The notes under the pieces are model-generated. The model saw only the letters and a list, made by a program, of their open reading frames with translations, made no database searches and was not told the DNA's origin. Shown in pieces: positions 30,813 through 40,268 of a stretch of DNA of 64,000 nucleotides. The stretch's first letter is position 1, and each line of letters starts with the position of its first letter. Location of the stretch: positions 32,001 through 96,000 of IMG/VR virus record IMGVR_UViG_3300042481_000164, one strand, 5' to 3'. The stretch is from a virus (lineage: Duplodnaviria > Caudoviricetes). Position numbers and translations under genes: made by a program.

Positions 30813-31816
30813 GTTGTTGAAATTTTTGGTTTAGTTGCTGTTGGTGGAGTAGGAACTTCTACAATCCTCATTAAAGTTCTGTCAAGTCTAAAGAAGCTAA
30901 TCCTAGTAGTACCATTCCTTGATTTAAGGAAGTGAAACACTAAGATATCTTCATCCGCAATAATAAATTTTTCCGGACCATATAACCTTAACTTTCTTAC
31001 AGAAGGTTTATTAATACCCATAACCACGTCAGCATGTTGTAATAAAGCATCAGACCCGTAAATATCAGAATCTAACACATAATTACCATAAGTACCTTCT
31101 TCTTGTCTCTTAATGTCATCTATGTTTCTGTTCAACTGACTCAAGACAATAAATGCTATAGGATATTTCTTTTTCATCATAGTGAGAGCCTCACCTAAGC
31201 TTCCTAGCATTTCAAATTTGTCTTTCTGTCCCTTACCAACTTTAAATAAAGCTGAGTGATCTATAGCAACTAGCATGTTATTATAAGTACCGTCTTCAGT
31301 CTTATACTTTTCCATTTCATAGTGTATAGTAGCACACATCTCATCTACTGTACAAGCATCATAGACAACATTAATTCTGTCTGTTGCTTGCATGTTTTGG
31401 TAAAATTTGACACACTCATCATAGATTCTTTTATCTACAAGTTTTCCGTCCTTACTCATTAATGTGTTGTAATCAGCACTTGTAATCAGACTCAGTTTTC
31501 TAACACCGCTGGTTTCATCAACCATCTCCATCTGAAACTTCAAAACTCTAAAATACTGGTCACTATTGTTAGCAATTATATCGCTAATTAGCTGTTCCAT
31601 AAATAAAGTTTTACCTGTTCCAGGTCTGGCACCAACCACGGTAATTGTTCTCCATTCAAGACCATCACAGAAAGCATCATTAAATTTAGGCCAAGCACTC
31701 TTTAGGGATTTTAATGTACCCTGTCTCCTAGCTCTAATTTTATAGATAGCTTTTTCTACGGACTGCCTTTCACTAACAGGTAGTAAAGGTCTTGCTCCAT
31801 TAAATAAATTTGACAT
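30809..31816 (-). CDS. dnaB: Replicative DnaB-like helicase (C-terminal domain only)
   Basis: GARPGTGKT, QMEM, IDH, LSQLNR, DIYGSDALLQHAD, KSRNG. Confidence 0.88.
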   Translation of the reverse strand: MSNLFNGARPLLPVSERQSVEKAIYKIRARRQGTLKSLKSAWPKFNDAFCDGLEWRTITVVGARPGTGKTLFMEQLISDIIANNSDQYFRVLKFQMEMVDETSGVRKLSLITSADYNTLMSKDGKLVDKRIYDECVKFYQNMQATDRINVVYDACTVDEMCATIHYEMEKYKTEDGTYNNMLVAIDHSALFKVGKGQKDKFEMLGSLGEALTMMKKKYPIAFIVLSQLNRNIDDIKRQEEGTYGNYVLDSDIYGSDALLQHADVVMGINKPSVRKLRLYGPEKFIIADEDILVFHFLKSRNGTTRISFFRLDRTLMRIVEVPTPPTATKPKISTT

Positions 31817-31836
31817 ATGTGGATTTTAAAAATTGA

Positions 31837-32430
31837 TCACACTATGTTGTCCCTGAAATAAGTAGGAACTTCATCTGCACCAGATGCTACTAGTTCACAG
31901 TATGTAGCCAAGTCTGACTCAAAAGATTTATCCAAATTTTGCTTACGGATAAAATACTGTGAATTTCTCATATACTCAAACCTTTTCAATTCATACTCAG
32001 ATACATATTTTTCAGTTGCTTGTAATATTGTTTCCCAATCATAATCATAAGTCTCAAAAAACCATTTGAAAGGAGCCTCTAAGTTTTTAGCATTTACTCT
32101 GGCAGGTTTACCTGAGTTAAGTTTTCTATTTGGAAACACTTCTAAATATAAAGTTATGTTTTCCATATAGGAATCACCCATCAATGCACTTATAGTTTTC
32201 TTCTTGGTTTTCTTAAAGAAACTGTTGATTTCATCAATAAAGATAAGACTTTTTGCTGTTAAAACCAAATCTTTAGTAACCCAACCATTAGCTTGTAATC
32301 TACTGAGTTCTAGTTCTTTATTGATGAATTTGTTAGGTATTACTTTCTCTTTTAAGCAAAAGAGCATGTAATATGTATTGGGCATTAATTCTGCAGTTAT
32401 GAGTCTGTTGAATATCTCTTCCATTACCAA
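31837..32430 (-). CDS. Hypothetical protein, possible replication initiator/helicase loader
   Basis: 197 aa immediately upstream of helicase. Confidence 0.6.
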   Translation of the reverse strand: MVMEEIFNRLITAELMPNTYYMLFCLKEKVIPNKFINKELELSRLQANGWVTKDLVLTAKSLIFIDEINSFFKKTKKKTISALMGDSYMENITLYLEVFPNRKLNSGKPARVNAKNLEAPFKWFFETYDYDWETILQATEKYVSEYELKRFEYMRNSQYFIRKQNLDKSFESDLATYCELVASGADEVPTYFRDNIV

Positions 32431-33137
32431 TTAATTGAATAGTTATAGTTTTCTTTTACAATTTTTTGTGCTGTAGGAAATACATCTTTAGAGTCCCAAC
32501 TTCTGAATTTGTTATAAACAGCAGATGCCGGATGAGCACAGAATAGCTTATAACAATTGTCATTTACACTATCTGCCCAAGTACTTGCTTCTTTCCCCAT
32601 GTAAATATACACCAATCCATTATTATAATTTGATAAGAAATCAAAAAGATAATTTAAGAATGGTTTCCATATATTATAATGCATACCAACTTTATTTATT
32701 TGAGTTGTCAGAGCTGTATTAAGCATAAGTATACCTTGATTTGCCCATCTAGTTAAATCCGGACTGTTGCTAATAGGTTCTCCATTATAAACAGTTCTGT
32801 TTACTTCAGATAACATAAACTTTAAACTTGGTTGTAACTTCATTGTTTTACTGCAGCTAAATGCAATACCATCAGCTACATCAATAGTTGGATATGGATC
32901 TTGACCTACAATAACAACTTTAAGTTCTTCATAAGGACATTCTTTAAAAGCTCTAAATACATCTCTTAAAGGAGGAGTAAATCTTTTATCTAAAGAACTT
33001 TCTTGTGCAAGTGTTTGAAGTATGTTTTTGAAATCAGAACTATACATAAAAGATCTCAAAACTCTGGCCCATCCAGAAGGAATTAAATCCTCATATAATT
33101 TGTCTACAATTTTGTCTAATTCTAGTTTTTCTTTCAT
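32424..33137 (-). CDS. ung: Uracil-DNA glycosylase family 1
   Basis: KVVIVGQDPYP, GIAFS, WANQGILMLN, HPAS; start adjusted to ATG at 33137. Confidence 0.93.
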   Translation of the reverse strand: MKEKLELDKIVDKLYEDLIPSGWARVLRSFMYSSDFKNILQTLAQESSLDKRFTPPLRDVFRAFKECPYEELKVVIVGQDPYPTIDVADGIAFSCSKTMKLQPSLKFMLSEVNRTVYNGEPISNSPDLTRWANQGILMLNTALTTQINKVGMHYNIWKPFLNYLFDFLSNYNNGLVYIYMGKEASTWADSVNDNCYKLFCAHPASAVYNKFRSWDSKDVFPTAQKIVKENYNYSINW

Positions 33138-33169
33138 AATTTTACAAATGTATTTTAAAAACAACCAAC

Positions 33170-33481
33170 ATGATTAAAGTAAAAGAACTTAAAGATGATG
33201 CTCTAGTAAATATAGTAGTTAATAAAACATACTACTTTATGGTTAAAAACCTGGCTTATTCATTAACTCATCAACTGTTAAATGAGAATAAAGATCCTCA
33301 GTATATCAAAGACAGTTTTGAAAAACCTTATGATCAGATAAATGAAGCTCAAAGGAATCTACAAACAATAGGTTTAATGATTGCTGAAATTGAAACACAA
33401 GCTGAAAAGCAAAACTTAACTGTTGAGAAAGAAATCTTGGAGCCAACGGATGAGGGATATGTTGCTCCTACTGAAGATTAA
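33170..33481 (+). CDS. Hypothetical protein, lone plus-strand gene in leftward block
   Basis: 103 aa, A-rich leader, no competing ORF on the other strand. Confidence 0.7.
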   Translation: MIKVKELKDDALVNIVVNKTYYFMVKNLAYSLTHQLLNENKDPQYIKDSFEKPYDQINEAQRNLQTIGLMIAEIETQAEKQNLTVEKEILEPTDEGYVAPTED

Positions 33482-33842
33482 CATTCAGTTCAACTCCTAT
33501 TTCAATACAAGCTTCAATAGCTAACATTAACTGGTCTTTGGTACACTCTGCAAATGATTTGCAAAACTCACCTTCTGAGTCTGTGTAGCAAAGACCAGAT
33601 CTTTCTTTCACAATCTTCTTCATTTCTTCAAAAGTATAGCCAGATTCTTTGGCCAACTCTCTAATACAAGCATGCACTTTATTAATTTGTGCTCTACTAT
33701 GATCTGCATTAGCTAGATCAATATACATTTCTACTTCCTGACCTTCAGAAAGCTTTTGTACAAACAATTCATAGGCTAACTTATCCTTTGGATGTGCATA
33801 AGTTAATTTACCTTCTTTCTTTACTAATTTGCCCGTGTACAT
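33468..33842 (-). CDS. NinB/DUF1367-like protein
   Basis: SRAQINKVHACIRELAKESGYTFEEMK...KSFAECTK. Confidence 0.6.
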   Translation of the reverse strand: MYTGKLVKKEGKLTYAHPKDKLAYELFVQKLSEGQEVEMYIDLANADHSRAQINKVHACIRELAKESGYTFEEMKKIVKERSGLCYTDSEGEFCKSFAECTKDQLMLAIEACIEIGVELNVNLQ

Positions 33843-34081
33843 ATTTTCATAGTTTCAAGAAAATTAAACAATTGACCTGCTTCTGTAATAAGTATGTTAT
33901 CTATTTCAAAACAGTCTACAGTCCAGTTATCTCCATCAATCTCTACAGTAGCATCAGATACTAATGTAATACCATCTAATACATCAAGAAAATAGTAATA
34001 AAAGTCTTCTTCATTTCCACTTTCTTCTTTTGTAACAATTCTTTTAGTAAATCCTGCATTTATTAATACTTGCTCTGTCAT
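33824..34081 (-). CDS. Hypothetical protein
   Basis: 85 aa ORF. Confidence 0.65.
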   Translation of the reverse strand: MTEQVLINAGFTKRIVTKEESGNEEDFYYYFLDVLDGITLVSDATVEIDGDNWTVDCFEIDNILITEAGQLFNFLETMKICTRAN

Positions 34082-34515
34082 AATTTGTGTTTCATTTTAA
34101 ACATCATTAATTCCGGTGTTGCAATCTTAGATGCATAGTCTTCTTTAGAAATCTGGTTACCTAGTAAAATAGGATGATTATCTCTTCGGATCTTCCAAAA
34201 CTGTTTTAAACTTAAAACAGCTATGTAAATATCATCTTCACTAGCTGAAAGCATTTCAAAAATTCTATTATTTTCTTCTTGAGAAATTATTTCTAAGAAC
34301 TGCAGTAAATTAAGCTCAAGCTTATATACAAACAACCATTCTTTCTTATTAAGAAAGTCATATCTTGGTCTTGTCATATTTACTTGATGCTTAAATAAAA
34401 TATAATTTATATCAGAATTTAACCATTGAGATATACTAGTATGATCTCTAAGAAGATCTTTTGTTAAATAAAGTAATTCTTTAGCAACATCTTCTTTTAT
34501 ATCATTCGTGGCCAT
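34078..34515 (-). CDS. Hypothetical protein
   Basis: 145 aa ORF. Confidence 0.65.
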   Translation of the reverse strand: MATNDIKEDVAKELLYLTKDLLRDHTSISQWLNSDINYILFKHQVNMTRPRYDFLNKKEWLFVYKLELNLLQFLEIISQEENNRIFEMLSASEDDIYIAVLSLKQFWKIRRDNHPILLGNQISKEDYASKIATPELMMFKMKHKL

Positions 34516-34556
34516 ATATGATTAATATTAAAAATAAATGAATCCTTTCAATTACT

Positions 34557-34751
34557 TTACTGAACAATTTTCTTATCATCAATAACTTGGTATATACAGT
34601 TTTCTACTATAAGATTCCATGTTGCTGTAGGGTCAGACTCTTCTTCATGGTTGTACATAGACAACACCTGACCTATTTGCTGTTCAGTAAGATTCTTTTT
34701 AATACTGGATGCTACCAGCATTACATCTTGTCTTCCAATTGTGCTTATCAT
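34557..34751 (-). CDS. Hypothetical protein
   Basis: Likely start MISTIGRQD. Confidence 0.55.
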   Translation of the reverse strand: MISTIGRQDVMLVASSIKKNLTEQQIGQVLSMYNHEEESDPTATWNLIVENCIYQVIDDKKIVQ

Positions 34752-34752
34752 C

Positions 34753-34959
34753 TTATTCTGATTTAAATGTTTCATTGTAATATTGTTCAAATGCCTGTAT
34801 GTCTCCTGTTTCACAAAACATACCTTCACTCCAAGTTTTTTTATGTTGTTCCTTCTCCATTTCTTTGGCTTTATCCCAAAATTCTGAATTATGTTTAAAG
34901 TCTGTTTCTGAATATGGTTCAGATATTAGATTTTCTAATAACCATTCTACTGCTGTCAT
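34753..34959 (-). CDS. TAVEWL-family small protein
   Basis: MTAVEWL...KAKEMEKEQ...YYNETFK; paralog of 37065-37304. Confidence 0.75.
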   Translation of the reverse strand: MTAVEWLLENLISEPYSETDFKHNSEFWDKAKEMEKEQHKKTWSEGMFCETGDIQAFEQYYNETFKSE

Positions 34960-35138
34960 AACTCTTTTTTGTTTAAATAGTTATAGTTTCTAATGTGTGT
35001 AACAGCTTCTTGCTTACCACATAACCCACATGTATCAAGAAAAAAAGTACACACTCTGTTTTCTTTCTTTTGCTCTTTTGTGAGGTACTTTACCCCACAA
35101 CCTGAACACACATAATCTGATTTTCTGTCTTCTTTATT
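34956..35138 (-). CDS. Small zinc-finger-like protein
   Basis: CSGCG...CGLCG...H. Confidence 0.6.
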   Translation of the reverse strand, partial: NKEDRKSDYVCSGCGVKYLTKEQKKENRVCTFFLDTCGLCGKQEAVTHIRNYNYLNKKEL

Positions 35139-35499
35139 CATGGAAATAATTTTCAGGGTAAAATACTTCATCATCATATTCATACAGCTTCTGTTCTACA
35201 GGACTTAACTCTTCATAAGTAGGTTCTACATACTCTTTTAGCATTTCTTCTTCTGTAAAGTAAGCTTCATCCTTTGAACCAAAGTGTACTCTATAAGCTT
35301 TTAGTCTTAGTTCTTTTTGCTTTTCTAAGTATGACTGTGCTTCTTTGCTATAATGATCGCAGTTAGTTCTGTTTTTAAGAATAATCATTATAATATGATG
35401 CAAATCAGAATCTTGGTCAAGCTTGAAAAGCATTTTTAAAAGTGATACTGTACTGTATCTGCGGTACTTTGTGTTATAAGCAGGATCTTCTTGTTCCAT
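35134..35499 (-). CDS. Hypothetical protein
   Basis: 121 aa ORF. Confidence 0.65.
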   Translation of the reverse strand: MEQEDPAYNTKYRRYSTVSLLKMLFKLDQDSDLHHIIMIILKNRTNCDHYSKEAQSYLEKQKELRLKAYRVHFGSKDEAYFTEEEMLKEYVEPTYEELSPVEQKLYEYDDEVFYPENYFHE

Positions 35500-35502
35500 A
35501 AA

Positions 35503-35757
35503 TTATTCTACTAAATCATCCATGTTAAGACCATGCTCTTCCATAAGCTGTTGTATCATTTTAAATACTAAGTTGATACCATCATATGCAGTTTCAGGCT
35601 TATCTTCTTTCATGTAATCAAGACTTTCAAGAATCTTTATATGAGCATTATGTTTAAGCTCCCATAATACTAAAGCCATGTCAAGTGCTTTAGTCATTCT
35701 TTTGTGATCCATTGCATCACCAGGCTCATTAAAATCAAATTCAAACTTTGCTTTCAT
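35503..35757 (-). CDS. Hypothetical protein
   Basis: 84 aa ORF. Confidence 0.7.
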   Translation of the reverse strand: MKAKFEFDFNEPGDAMDHKRMTKALDMALVLWELKHNAHIKILESLDYMKEDKPETAYDGINLVFKMIQQLMEEHGLNMDDLVE

Positions 35758-35758
35758 G

Positions 35759-36256
35759 CTACTTTCTTTTTAAAATTAAACAACCATCTGCATCAAGTTT
35801 TGGAATCCATTCTCCCTTCTTATGTCTTGTACCATGAAACCACATCTCAATCTCAACATCCCATTCAGTTTGTTGTAGTGATTGGATAAGTTCATCTCTT
35901 AATTTATCTGAATCTGGCTTAGGCATTGGTTGTGGTGAGTGTTGTGATTGTATAGCCAAAACATCATTCATTCCAATTTGATGTCCATATGCAAACAACA
36001 TAGTTAATTCTTTCTCAGTAAACTTCTTATCACCAAGAATTTCAAGTGCTAATTTAAACCCTCTTTTAAATGATGGTTCATCAATAGGATATTGTTCTTT
36101 AACCAGCTCATCCAAATCATAACCATTAGCTATTGCTTCACAGTTTTTGAGTGATAGTTTTCCATCAAATGCTGGATTATTTTCCCAAGCTATATTACCT
36201 TCTTTGTAAACAAGAGTGTATTTACTTTCTTCTAATTTAATTAATTTACCTTCCAT
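35759..36256 (-). CDS. Modular hypothetical protein, paralog of 39259-39849
   Basis: Shared AIQSQHSPQPxPKPDSDKLRD and PKLDxxGCLILK. Confidence 0.75.
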   Translation of the reverse strand: MEGKLIKLEESKYTLVYKEGNIAWENNPAFDGKLSLKNCEAIANGYDLDELVKEQYPIDEPSFKRGFKLALEILGDKKFTEKELTMLFAYGHQIGMNDVLAIQSQHSPQPMPKPDSDKLRDELIQSLQQTEWDVEIEMWFHGTRHKKGEWIPKLDADGCLILKRK

Positions 36257-36434
36257 GATTTAACAACTGTTTATTAATTTCATCTAGCTCATTAAGAACT
36301 CTTGTTAATTGAACTTCAATATAGGAAACAGCCTTGTGATTGGATTTCTTTGGGAACTGGTCTCTTACTCTTGATAGAGTTCTATATTCTACTTGCAGAA
36401 CTGTTTTTTGAAACAGCAAGGGTACATCATTTGT
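36246..36434 (-). CDS. Hypothetical protein
   Basis: ~62 aa ORF. Confidence 0.55.
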   Translation of the reverse strand, partial: TNDVPLLFQKTVLQVEYRTLSRVRDQFPKKSNHKAVSYIEVQLTRVLNELDEINKQLLNHGR

Positions 36435-36798
36435 CATGGCATGATTCAATTAGTTTATCAATACAAGCTGATTCAGCTTCTTGATATGTTTTAAAGTTAA
36501 AAGAATTAAAAACATGTTGTATACCACCTATGTTCACAATAAAGGTTTCATAACCCATACCATTAATCATGTGACCTAAACCATGTTTCTCTCTAAACCA
36601 TTCAAACACTTGTGATTTAAGTGGTGCTAAGCATTGATTTTTATCATAATCTTCTACTTTCACTCCTAACTGTAGTTTAATTTCACCTGTTGGTTTTTCC
36701 CATTCTGTAATTGCTAACCATCTACCTAAACAATCCTCATCAAACCCTAAATCTTTCAAAGCTAAGGCTTGGTTATATGTTGCAAAGTGCTTTTCCAT
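36427..36798 (-). CDS. Hypothetical protein, paralog of 38437-38826
   Basis: YNQALALKxLGFDExC...APLKSQVFxWFR...EAESxCIDKLI. Confidence 0.75.
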   Translation of the reverse strand: MEKHFATYNQALALKDLGFDEDCLGRWLAITEWEKPTGEIKLQLGVKVEDYDKNQCLAPLKSQVFEWFREKHGLGHMINGMGYETFIVNIGGIQHVFNSFNFKTYQEAESACIDKLIESCHDK

Positions 36799-36799
36799 A

Positions 36800-37063
36800 C
36801 TACTTAATATTATCTAATGAATAACTCTTTTTAATTGAATTCTTATTTACTGTTACCTCTTCATGTTCACCCCCACCTAAATCAGTCCACCATTCCATTT
36901 TAGTTTTAGCTTTCTCACTTGCTTCTTTCAATGCAGCTTCTACATGAAGTTTAGCAAACTCAATCATCCTTTGTTCTGCATCGTACAAAGAAATTGTTGG
37001 ATAATCTTTATCATAAGTTTCACTCCCCTGTAAATACTTTTCTGCTGTTGGTATTTTTGCCAT
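36800..37063 (-). CDS. Hypothetical protein (MIEFAKLHVEAALKEASEK family)
   Basis: Start adjusted to MAKIPTAE. Confidence 0.7.
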   Translation of the reverse strand: MAKIPTAEKYLQGSETYDKDYPTISLYDAEQRMIEFAKLHVEAALKEASEKAKTKMEWWTDLGGGEHEEVTVNKNSIKKSYSLDNIK

Positions 37064-37064
37064 A

Positions 37065-37304
37065 CTATTTCTTTTTAAAGTTTTCAAACCATTGTTGTTC
37101 AGTTAATGAACTATCAAGACCAAAGATATCTGAGTAATGCATATTACTTTGACCATCTCTGAAAGCTTGTCTTAAATCTTCTTCACTATACATTTTTTCA
37201 GATTGCTTTTTTTCCATTTCTTTGGCTTTTACATATGCTTCTTGACATTCGGCAGGAATAAGACATTCTAATTTATCCCATAACCATTCTACTGCTGTTT
37301 TCAT
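37065..37304 (-). CDS. TAVEWL-family small protein
   Basis: MKTAVEWL...KAKEMEKKQ...MYSEED...FKKK. Confidence 0.75.
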   Translation of the reverse strand: MKTAVEWLWDKLECLIPAECQEAYVKAKEMEKKQSEKMYSEEDLRQAFRDGQSNMHYSDIFGLDSSLTEQQWFENFKKK

Positions 37305-37305
37305 A

Positions 37306-38145
37306 CTATTTCTTTTTAAATTGTTCAATTAAATCTTCTGCATCTGTAGAGTAAAATTTTTTAGAGGTTAATGATTGTTGTAACCAATTAATTAGTTCTA
37401 TTTGCTCACTATACATTCTTTCAGCCATGTGCTTACCACCTGCTACAAATGCATCTCTAACTAATTTTGGAGAGCATATTAAATCTGTAGTTGTAGGTGG
37501 ATAAAATTCTTTAGCAGCTTCTTCTAATGTTTCTTGTTGAATGGTATTCTGTAATTCTCTAACTGTTTTTTGACCTTTACTAGTTATTGTATTAGCTCTT
37601 TCTTTATCAAAAAGTAGAAATTCTTGTCTAATCTCTTCCCACTCTTCAGCAAATTCTTTTTTATCTTTTTCAAGATGTTTAAAGTATTCTTCTTCTTTCT
37701 CTTGTTTAGGTTCTTCTTGTGGTAAATCATATTCCCATTTGCAGTGTGCTGATTTATTAGTATCAGGGTCAAAAAACCTCAACTCACTAACCTTTACCTT
37801 TTCACAACTTGGATTCTTAACAAACCATTCCAAGAACTCATCATCAATGGCTTGAACACCATCTGCAATTAGGGTTGGGTCTGTTGTTAGGATTATTTTT
37901 TTGCAATTAGGAAATAAAACCTTACTCATAGATTCAGCAACTTGGTTTTGAAATAGAAAGTTATCTCTTAAATCTAAAAACCATTCTTTTCCTTTAATCT
38001 CTTCATCAGAAGTGATGTACAAATTTTGAGTATTTCTTGTATGTGAATATTCTAATTCACATAATGCTAATCTCATTCCATTTTCATCAGTCCAAAGATG
38101 CAACCTACTTGGTTGGTCTGTTGGGAGTATATGTATGTTTTTCAT
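37306..38145 (-). CDS. Modular hypothetical protein (MKNIHILPT family)
   Basis: 279 aa; ETLEEAA, MYSE, FKKK modules. Confidence 0.75.
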   Translation of the reverse strand: MKNIHILPTDQPSRLHLWTDENGMRLALCELEYSHTRNTQNLYITSDEEIKGKEWFLDLRDNFLFQNQVAESMSKVLFPNCKKIILTTDPTLIADGVQAIDDEFLEWFVKNPSCEKVKVSELRFFDPDTNKSAHCKWEYDLPQEEPKQEKEEEYFKHLEKDKKEFAEEWEEIRQEFLLFDKERANTITSKGQKTVRELQNTIQQETLEEAAKEFYPPTTTDLICSPKLVRDAFVAGGKHMAERMYSEQIELINWLQQSLTSKKFYSTDAEDLIEQFKKK

Positions 38146-38146
38146 C

Positions 38147-38440
38147 TTATTCTTCTTTAAGGGTTCTTACTTCTAACACATCATAATTTTTTACACCACA
38201 TCTAATACAACCAGTGAAGTTAGCTTCATACTTTGACTCATGATGGTCTTTGTATAAACACCCATCATGAAAGTAAATGGTTGCTTCCTTACCACCAATT
38301 TGATTACGGTATCCATCTTTAGTACTAACTGTTAAATCTTCAATAGTACCATCTTGATAATAAATTCTGATGTCTTTTTCTTGATTGCTAGTAACACAAC
38401 TTGTTAATGCTAATGTTACTAGGATAAGTAGTTTTCTCAT
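38147..38440 (-). CDS. Putative lipoprotein
   Basis: MRKLLILVTLALTSC lipobox-like signal. Confidence 0.6.
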   Translation of the reverse strand: MRKLLILVTLALTSCVTSNQEKDIRIYYQDGTIEDLTVSTKDGYRNQIGGKEATIYFHDGCLYKDHHESKYEANFTGCIRCGVKNYDVLEVRTLKEE

Positions 38441-38826
38441 GCTTTTCTTTCTTTTAAGATTGATATTAACTTATCTATGCATTCTGATTCAGCTTCTTCA
38501 TGTGATATAAATATACCTTGTGGATCATCTTCTTGAGATCCTATAACTCTAACGCTATAATCAAACCTAAGTTTACCATCTGTATAAAAGTCATCAATTC
38601 TAGTTGCTAAACTATGTTCATCTCTAAACCACTTGAAGACTTGTGATTTGAGTGGTGCTGAAGGTGAACCCCATAGTTCTGAATTTTTTTTGAAAATAAA
38701 GTGAGGGTCTATTCCATGTGTATGGAAGGTTAATACTTTTTCACTATAAAAAGCTATACAAGGTTCATCAAAACCTAACTCCTTCAAAGCTAATGCTTGG
38801 TTATAATTTACAAAGTGCTCTTTCAT
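38437..38826 (-). CDS. Hypothetical protein, paralog of 36427-36798
   Basis: Shared N- and C-terminal motifs. Confidence 0.75.
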   Translation of the reverse strand: MKEHFVNYNQALALKELGFDEPCIAFYSEKVLTFHTHGIDPHFIFKKNSELWGSPSAPLKSQVFKWFRDEHSLATRIDDFYTDGKLRFDYSVRVIGSQEDDPQGIFISHEEAESECIDKLISILKERKA

Positions 38827-39029
38827 TTTATTTCTTTATTATTTTCTAACTCTGCTAATAAAGCATCTGCACATCTAACAGCTCTTGTAGCAATTGTAAA
38901 TTCATCTCCTGTAAATCCATCATGTTGGCAAGATATCCATCCTTGCATTGCCAATCCAGCAAAGTATTCACGCTTTGTTAATCCTTCATTATATACTGTT
39001 GCAAATGCAGCTTCTTTTCCATTTTCCAT
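38823..39029 (-). CDS. Small protein of the GLTKREYFA...AMQG...ADALL family
   Basis: Widespread phage motif; distant paralog at 43954-44160. Confidence 0.75.
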   Translation of the reverse strand: MENGKEAAFATVYNEGLTKREYFAGLAMQGWISCQHDGFTGDEFTIATRAVRCADALLAELENNKEIK

Positions 39030-39047
39030 CTTATTTCTTTTTTTAAT

Positions 39048-39257
39048 TTATAAACCATCATTCAGTTCATCATTATCTTGTCTACATTCTGCACACATAT
39101 AACCAACTAAATGATCTTTTTCCTTGCCAAGTTCTTCAACATCCCAAAATTCCTCACCATCTTCTTTGGTAACTTTTACCTTAATAGTTTCATTCCAAAC
39201 ATTGTAAGTTCTAACAAATGTTTCAGAACCACATTGACATTTAAAATAGTTTTCCAT
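39048..39257 (-). CDS. Small zinc-ribbon protein
   Basis: CQCG...CAEC. Confidence 0.65.
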   Translation of the reverse strand: MENYFKCQCGSETFVRTYNVWNETIKVKVTKEDGEEFWDVEELGKEKDHLVGYMCAECRQDNDELNDGL

Positions 39258-39258
39258 A

Positions 39259-39849
39259 TCACAACTTTTTAAGTATTAAACAACCATTCTTATCTAATTT
39301 GGGTTGTTCTTTTGGTTTGTCTTCAGTATATGAGGTTGAGAATGCACCTAATGATTGGTCATAGTAACAAGGTTCCATCTTAATATCAACCTCTATTTCT
39401 TTTGGTTGTTGTAGTGATTGGATAACCTTATCTCTTAATTTATCTGAATCTGGTTTTGGTGATGGTTGAGGAGAATGTTGAGATTGAATTGCTAATATAG
39501 TATTCATCCCAACCTGATGACCAAATACAAATATTGCTTTCATATCCTCCAAAGTAAACAACTTGTCTTTATTAAGTTCCATTGCTTTGTTGAAACCTTT
39601 TTTAAAGTTATACTTTCTATTTTCAAAATATGACTCTTCAAGGGGGTCTCCATTTCGTTCATAACATTCTTCTGCATGACTTTCAGCCAGTTTCTCAACA
39701 TCAACAACACCAAATATCTCATCACAGTTTTGTTTGGATAGTTTCATTACCTCATAATCAGTTTGAAAATCTGAATCAGACAATGCAATCATTTTATCAC
39801 CATTCATTAAGGTGTAAATATCATCAACTTTAATTAATTTTGCTTTCAT
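39259..39849 (-). CDS. Modular hypothetical protein, paralog of 35759-36256
   Basis: Shared modules. Confidence 0.75.
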   Translation of the reverse strand: MKAKLIKVDDIYTLMNGDKMIALSDSDFQTDYEVMKLSKQNCDEIFGVVDVEKLAESHAEECYERNGDPLEESYFENRKYNFKKGFNKAMELNKDKLFTLEDMKAIFVFGHQVGMNTILAIQSQHSPQPSPKPDSDKLRDKVIQSLQQPKEIEVDIKMEPCYYDQSLGAFSTSYTEDKPKEQPKLDKNGCLILKKL

Positions 39850-40211
39850 ATTTCTTTAACCACTTTAAGTTTTTTCTCTTCTTCTTTTTGGAACTTAGTT
39901 TGAAGTATTTTAGTTTCTCTTTTACTCAATGCACCATTAACCCAATCCTTAATATATTCTGATTTGAAATAGAAATTATCATTAATAAGTCTATATTGTC
40001 CTACACGAATTCCTGGAGAGTCAGTGCACATAAATTCTTCAATATTCCATTTTAAGAACCACCATTTTTTTGCTACGTATTTCCTTACAGTTACAGTTAC
40101 CCACGGTTTACTTAGGTGTCTACTAGAACTATACTTAAAATAACAATCATATGTTATTTCGTCTATGGTACATTTAACCCATTCTTTCTCTTTAACATAT
40201 TCTTGTTCCAT
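39846..40211 (-). CDS. Hypothetical protein
   Basis: 121 aa ORF. Confidence 0.65.
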   Translation of the reverse strand: MEQEYVKEKEWVKCTIDEITYDCYFKYSSSRHLSKPWVTVTVRKYVAKKWWFLKWNIEEFMCTDSPGIRVGQYRLINDNFYFKSEYIKDWVNGALSKRETKILQTKFQKEEEKKLKVVKEI

Positions 40212-40212
40212 A

Positions 40213-40260
40213 TTATTTACATTTTAAGATTAAACAACCATTTTCATCAAGTTTTGGTTT
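40213..40260 (-). pseudogene. Orphan 3' fragment KPKLDENGCLILKCK*
   Basis: Matches the C-termini of 35759 and 39259 genes; no start codon. Confidence 0.7.
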
Positions 40261-40268
40261 AAAAATGT

